Below, piece by piece: positions 59,147 through 64,000 of a stretch of 64,000 nucleotides of DNA. The position numbers were made by a program, and so were the translations under genes. Position 1 is the stretch's first letter. Every line of letters starts with the position of its first letter. A model generated the notes under the pieces. The model had not been told where the DNA came from, did no database searches, and saw only the letters and a program-made list of their open reading frames with translations. Source of the DNA: Bugula neritina (Eukaryota > Animalia > Bryozoa). The stretch spans positions 5,547,751 through 5,611,750 of the forward strand of contig OZ037773.1 of the NCBI GenBank assembly GCA_964035545.1, given 5' to 3'.

Positions 59147-59330
59147 TTTGGAACAAAGCGAAAGTGAATTTCCGGCATTTTTGCATCACGTGATCTTGTT
59201 TGACACAAATTAAATGTGGAGTTATCGGCTACTTATGCTATGGTTATGAGACGTACGAAAATAATAATAATATGATAATTTAATAGAAATTGCTTACGCG
59301 CAACAGACCATCTAAATTTCAGCCAATCAG
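59137..59330 (-). promoter_or_regulatory. YY1 promoter elements
   Basis: YY1-type motif CCGCCATTTT overlapping the ATG (59140-59149), palindromic E-box ATCACGTGAT 59185-59194, CCAAT box AGCCAATCAG 59321-59330. Confidence 0.5.
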
Positions 59331-61677
59331 AACCGTATACCACACAATGTTTCATCATTGTCAGACAACTTACCCATTCCATTGGAATAAAAATTTTAAA
59401 CCAGTAGCCTATTAATATTGGATCAATAAAATAATTCACTAAGGTATTATATATGTGATAACAGCTGATAATTCCTAAATTTAAGTATTATTAGCACTAT
59501 TATTAGGTAATATTTCTCCTGGGTATTTATATATCATAGAAACACTATATAACATATATTTAATAAGGGAATACACAAAATATAAATTAGTGAAGACAAA
59601 AGGAGATATAATTGCATATAAGCACCAACAGATTGAATATCTAATGAAGTTTTTTTTTTCAAGTTGAGCTGGTCTAAGGCATCTGCATATAGAAGGGGGG
59701 AGACTGTTGAATGTAGCATATTGGTGGAGTAGCAATTTTTTTGCATTTTTGGTAGGCTGTTTATTCTCATGGTATTTTAGTCAGAACAAACTATAGGTTA
59801 CTTGTTAAGTTTGTGTCAACAGAATTTGTTTGTGCTTTGGTTTTAGCTTAATCTCAGAAACTGTATGCTGTAATTGCTTTCTGGTAAGTGAAAATAACCT
59901 ATGTCCTATATAATAAACATGTTTTATAATGTTTACCAATAGGAAAGCTGAAACATATTATACGGCACAATATATTTTATGACATAACAATAATATATAA
60001 AAAATTATTTCAATGAATGGCTGGTATAGTTAGTTGGTAAAGACACTTCTACTTCATTATATAAAAAAAGTATTTAATAAAATTTGTGCATTCACTTGGT
60101 AGTTTGATATATTATATAGGATTTTATTTAAGCAGCTTTCTCACAAAGTACATAAAACCTAAGGCTTCACACTTTTGATTGGCTGAAATTTACGCGGTTT
60201 ATTAACTCGTCAACGCAACTAGCTCATTCTTTAGGGAGTTATCTCGCCAAGAATAGACTTCAGCGACGTCACTAAATATGACACTGCACTTCGGTAAAAA
60301 CACTGTGTATTTGACAAAAGAGTTTGGGGATGAGATAACCCTATAGATTTGATTTCCGAAACATCGGGTGAATCATGCTCATACTGATAATCATATTGAT
60401 AGTTTTCGTATGTCACTGGTCACTCTAGTCTGCAGTGTACTTCAACTTGTACTTGTAGGCAATGGCATTAACTTACCAACTGTACAGGTTTATCACGACT
60501 AACTGTTTTTTCTGATGATCATTTTGTGATGAACGATAATTATTGTAGTTATGCAGTGACAGTGTGACTGTCTTTTTTAGTTTTTAAAGTTAAAAATAAA
60601 CATAAACTGATAAAGTTAAACTAAAACTTAAAGGTTAAAGGTAACCTAACCTAAACCATAATCTTAAATCCTAATCATAATGATCATGATATTGATAATG
60701 ATAATCTTGTCAATGATAATCATAATGATAATTTACCTGGAGTTAAAGTTAATCTAAATCTTTGTAATACTAATTCAGTAATGGTAATTGTTTACTTCTA
60801 GTTCTAATTTAAAAGTAAATATTTGTGATTTTTCCAATTTTAGTTTCTCTAGGCTCTCGTAATATTAATTCAGTAATTGGTATTGACGTAGGCTTACTCT
60901 TACTCTTAGCCTTAACTGTAAGTGTTCTGTAAAACCAAAAGTAAGTCAAATGATAAGGAAATTGATAATGATAACATGAATCATAATGATTATCATTATC
61001 ATTATGGTAATATTAATATAAAACTGAATTAAAACATCATAAATGTTAAACTTAATACTAAGTCTAATAGTAGCCTAATACTAATAGCAATACTAATAGT
61101 AATAGTGATATTATTACTAATAGTAATAGTTATAATAATACCAATAGTAATAGTATTAGTAAATATATTTCTAATAGTAAGAGACAAGTCACAATAGTAG
61201 TAGTTATACTAATAGTAATACTTACAGTTATGTTGGTACTGTGATGGTCGCTAATGCTACTCAATCTCACACTCTGTACTTGCAGTCTCTGATATTCTAA
61301 TTCGGTATCATACTCATAGTCATACTAATCTTGTACTCATACTTTGTTAAACTTGGACTTTAACTCTAAGAATCGCTGGTAGTTCAGTATTGCTAAAATG
61401 CTATTATTATCATGACTATGAGTATGAGTACATGACTATATCTGAGTCATTTACAGGCTTGTCATCACTTAAGTTGCTTTTACTCTTAGACGCGAAGTTG
61501 AAATCACTGTAATCTCACACAGGCTCACTAACTTACACGTGCAGTATCATACTAATAATTATGACTATGAGCCATAGTGACAGTCAATAGTCATTTATTT
61601 TTCGTATTGATGTAATACTAATAATTTTCCAGTTATTTCAAACAATGTTCTCCTCTATGTATGAATAAAACGAATTA

Positions 61678-62056
61678 AAGCCTGGCCTCACGATCGTAAG
61701 ACTTACACGAAATCGTGTGACGATTTTCGTGAGTTATCCTCTTGTTCTGACCAGTCACACACTCGTCCGATGAAACACATAATAAATAGTCTGTGAATGA
61801 GTCTTGCATGAGGTACAAACAGTAAAAAATTGCCAAATAGAGAAACATGGTAGAAATGAAATAATTACTGTTGCTAAAATTTTATTGACCAATCAAATGG
61901 TACTTTTCGTCGGTTGTGATTTTTCATCCATCGTCATCGTTGTGTACACCCAATGAAGACGATTTCGTTTGAATTCCCTCAGATTTTCTTGTACGAATGT
62001 TTTTTCGTGTCAAATAGACGATTTCGTGTGATTCTCACGATCGTGAGGCCAGGCCT
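61678..62056. mobile_element. MITE with TTA target-site duplication (PIF/Harbinger-like)
   Basis: TIR a(a/g)gcctggcctcacgatcgt...cacgaaatcg at the left end matches the reverse complement of the right end; TTA at 61675-61677 and 62057-62059. Confidence 0.85.
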
Positions 62057-62971
62057 TTAGAGAATGAAATTTCTTGGTTCAAGTTTATATTACTATATGT
62101 AACCAGTTGATGGAAATTTTCAGTTCCTCATAGTTAAGTGAATCACCTATCATGGAGATTATAAAAAATATATTGTTGATAGAATTGTAGTTGTTATACC
62201 CACTCAGTTAGCACAATTAGTAGTTAGGTAATTGCGTTTTTCTTATTAATGTATATTTCTACTACTTAAATGTATTTTTGTTATTTATTCATTATATTAG
62301 TACAGCAATACTTGGTATTTTATGGAATTATAGTTTTCAAGCTACATTGAAACCAGCATTATTGTATTTCTGTGAAATATTTGATGCTCATGTGACTTCG
62401 TAGCAAAGTCTCTACAAAACTTTGGGTGAATTTACTTGCTATTTATCTTCTGAGACTTGAGTTTATTTTGCATGTTTCACATTTTGTGCTAAAATGTGTG
62501 AAGCTTTTGACTGATATATTCAAATGGGTTTTCTTTACTTAGTTTGCATAGCTAGTAACCCTGATTTTCGGTAAATTTTTGCCAAGAAAAATTAACTTTG
62601 TGTTCTTTGTCTAGATGTTACTACATACTAATTTTTTACAGTTTTTATAACATGTTGTGTTGTAATAAATGTGACCTTTTAAATCAGCCAAGCTGATTAG
62701 TTTTAAATCAAACACTAGAAATCACTGCAGCTTCAGAAAATATTCTGGAATATAATTCTAAAAGATACTGCAGTGTCTTTTATTCAGATTGATTTTTTAT
62801 ATCGTTGTACTATATTGATCAATTGGTATATTATTGATAGATTGATATATTATATTGATATTATATTTAAAGATCAAACTGAAACAGACTTTCTACTGAG
62901 ATGTTTCCCTTTAGGCACATCACGCTGTCTCTTACTACCATATATTTCCTAGTGCAAGTGTTTACCTCTAA

Positions 62972-63368
62972 TGGTGCTATAGGTTAGTATATACTGGTTC
63001 AACTTGCTATATGCTATAGTGCTATAGGTTAGTATATACTGGTTCAGCTTGCTATATGCTATGATGCTATAGGTTAGTATATACTAGTTCAACTTGCTAT
63101 AGTGCTATAGGTTAGTATATACTAGTTCAACTTGCTATATGCTATAGTGCTATAGGTTAGTATATACTGGTTCAGCTTGCTATATGCTATGATGCTATAG
63201 GTTAGTATACACTAGTTCAACTTGCTATAGTGCTATAGGTTAGTATATACTGGTTCAGCTTTCTATATACTATGATGCTATAGGTTAGTATATACTAGTT
63301 CAACTTGCTATAGTGCTATAGGTTAGCATATACTGGTTCAGCTTTCTATATGCTATATGCTATAGGTG
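62972..63368. repeat. 37-46-bp minisatellite (TGCTATAGGTTAGTATATACTRGTTCARCTTGCTATA...)
   Basis: About 9 tandem units with alternating long and short variants. Confidence 0.92.
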
Positions 63369-64000
63369 AGTTTATGCTATATAGCAGGATTTTCTGCAGT
63401 TAAACCTGGGCTAGAGAAAGCCGAACTTTGTTATTAGGTAGAATTTTTTATTAATTTTTGATGATGCAGTTCAACTCTATAAGATAAGTGCAACTATTAA
63501 TTATTTTCTAATTATCATTCAAAGCATTATCAAAAACAATTAGTTTGACTGTGGTTGATTTATTCATACCCACTGTTGAACTTTTTAAATAAATCAACTT
63601 TGATTTTTTTTCCTGCTATTTATCCATCCTGAAACTTTATGGTTTCATTATGGCTATTAGTGTTGATTTCCTAGAAACTCTTCTTGAAGAATACACTGGC
63701 CGAGTAAACAACAAGAATAAAGACCAGTGATTTCTCATTGATATACTCAGAATTTTACACCTGAATTCACGAGTATAAATATCTCTTTTGTAAAGTAAAT
63801 TGCGTTTTGAATTTTTCTGTTGAATGTTGTCTTTATTGCAGTCTTAGATTATGACAAATTAAGTTAGACTATAGAAGAACTGTCTATGCAGGTTTAATAT
63901 TTTACCTACTCCTAAACTAGGTCATAAGTCCTTCAGTATACTTGCTATCTTGCCTTATCTTTGAGTTTTATGACTAAGGTGAAGGACACTTGATTTGGCT

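Noticed and set aside
62972-63368. CRISPR-like appearance of regularly spaced repeats (also 10455-11322, 56062-56194)
   Set aside because: Units are head-to-tail with no unique spacers, there are no cas genes, and the context is eukaryotic.

Overview
AT-rich, intron-rich animal (invertebrate, probably lophotrochozoan) genomic DNA; there are no prokaryotic features. Four spliced genes can be assembled by hand from GT-AG boundaries with consistent phases. (1) A head-to-head pair of paralogous type-I membrane proteins (signal peptide, NHL-repeat-like beta-propeller, Thr-rich mucin stalk, TM helix, short tail): left gene on the minus strand 12075-4093 (~663 aa), right gene on the plus strand 14270-22143 (~493 aa). 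They form a ~19 kb inverted duplication with ~3.5 kb near-identical inner arms. The unique 1.7 kb spacer holds a TATA+Inr promoter facing right and a third, diverged signal-peptide/exon-2 cassette facing left. (2) A CYP26-like cytochrome P450 (plus, CDS 40570-54513, ~480 aa) with a non-canonical I-helix and a DR5 nuclear-receptor element in its proximal promoter. (3) YY1/pleiohomeotic (minus, 59146-55498, ~401 aa), whose last zinc-finger splice donor is triplicated. Also present are tRNA-derived SINEs (two with TSDs), two PIF/Harbinger-like MITEs, perfect hairpins, and several mini/microsatellites. All gene models are manual predictions without transcript evidence.
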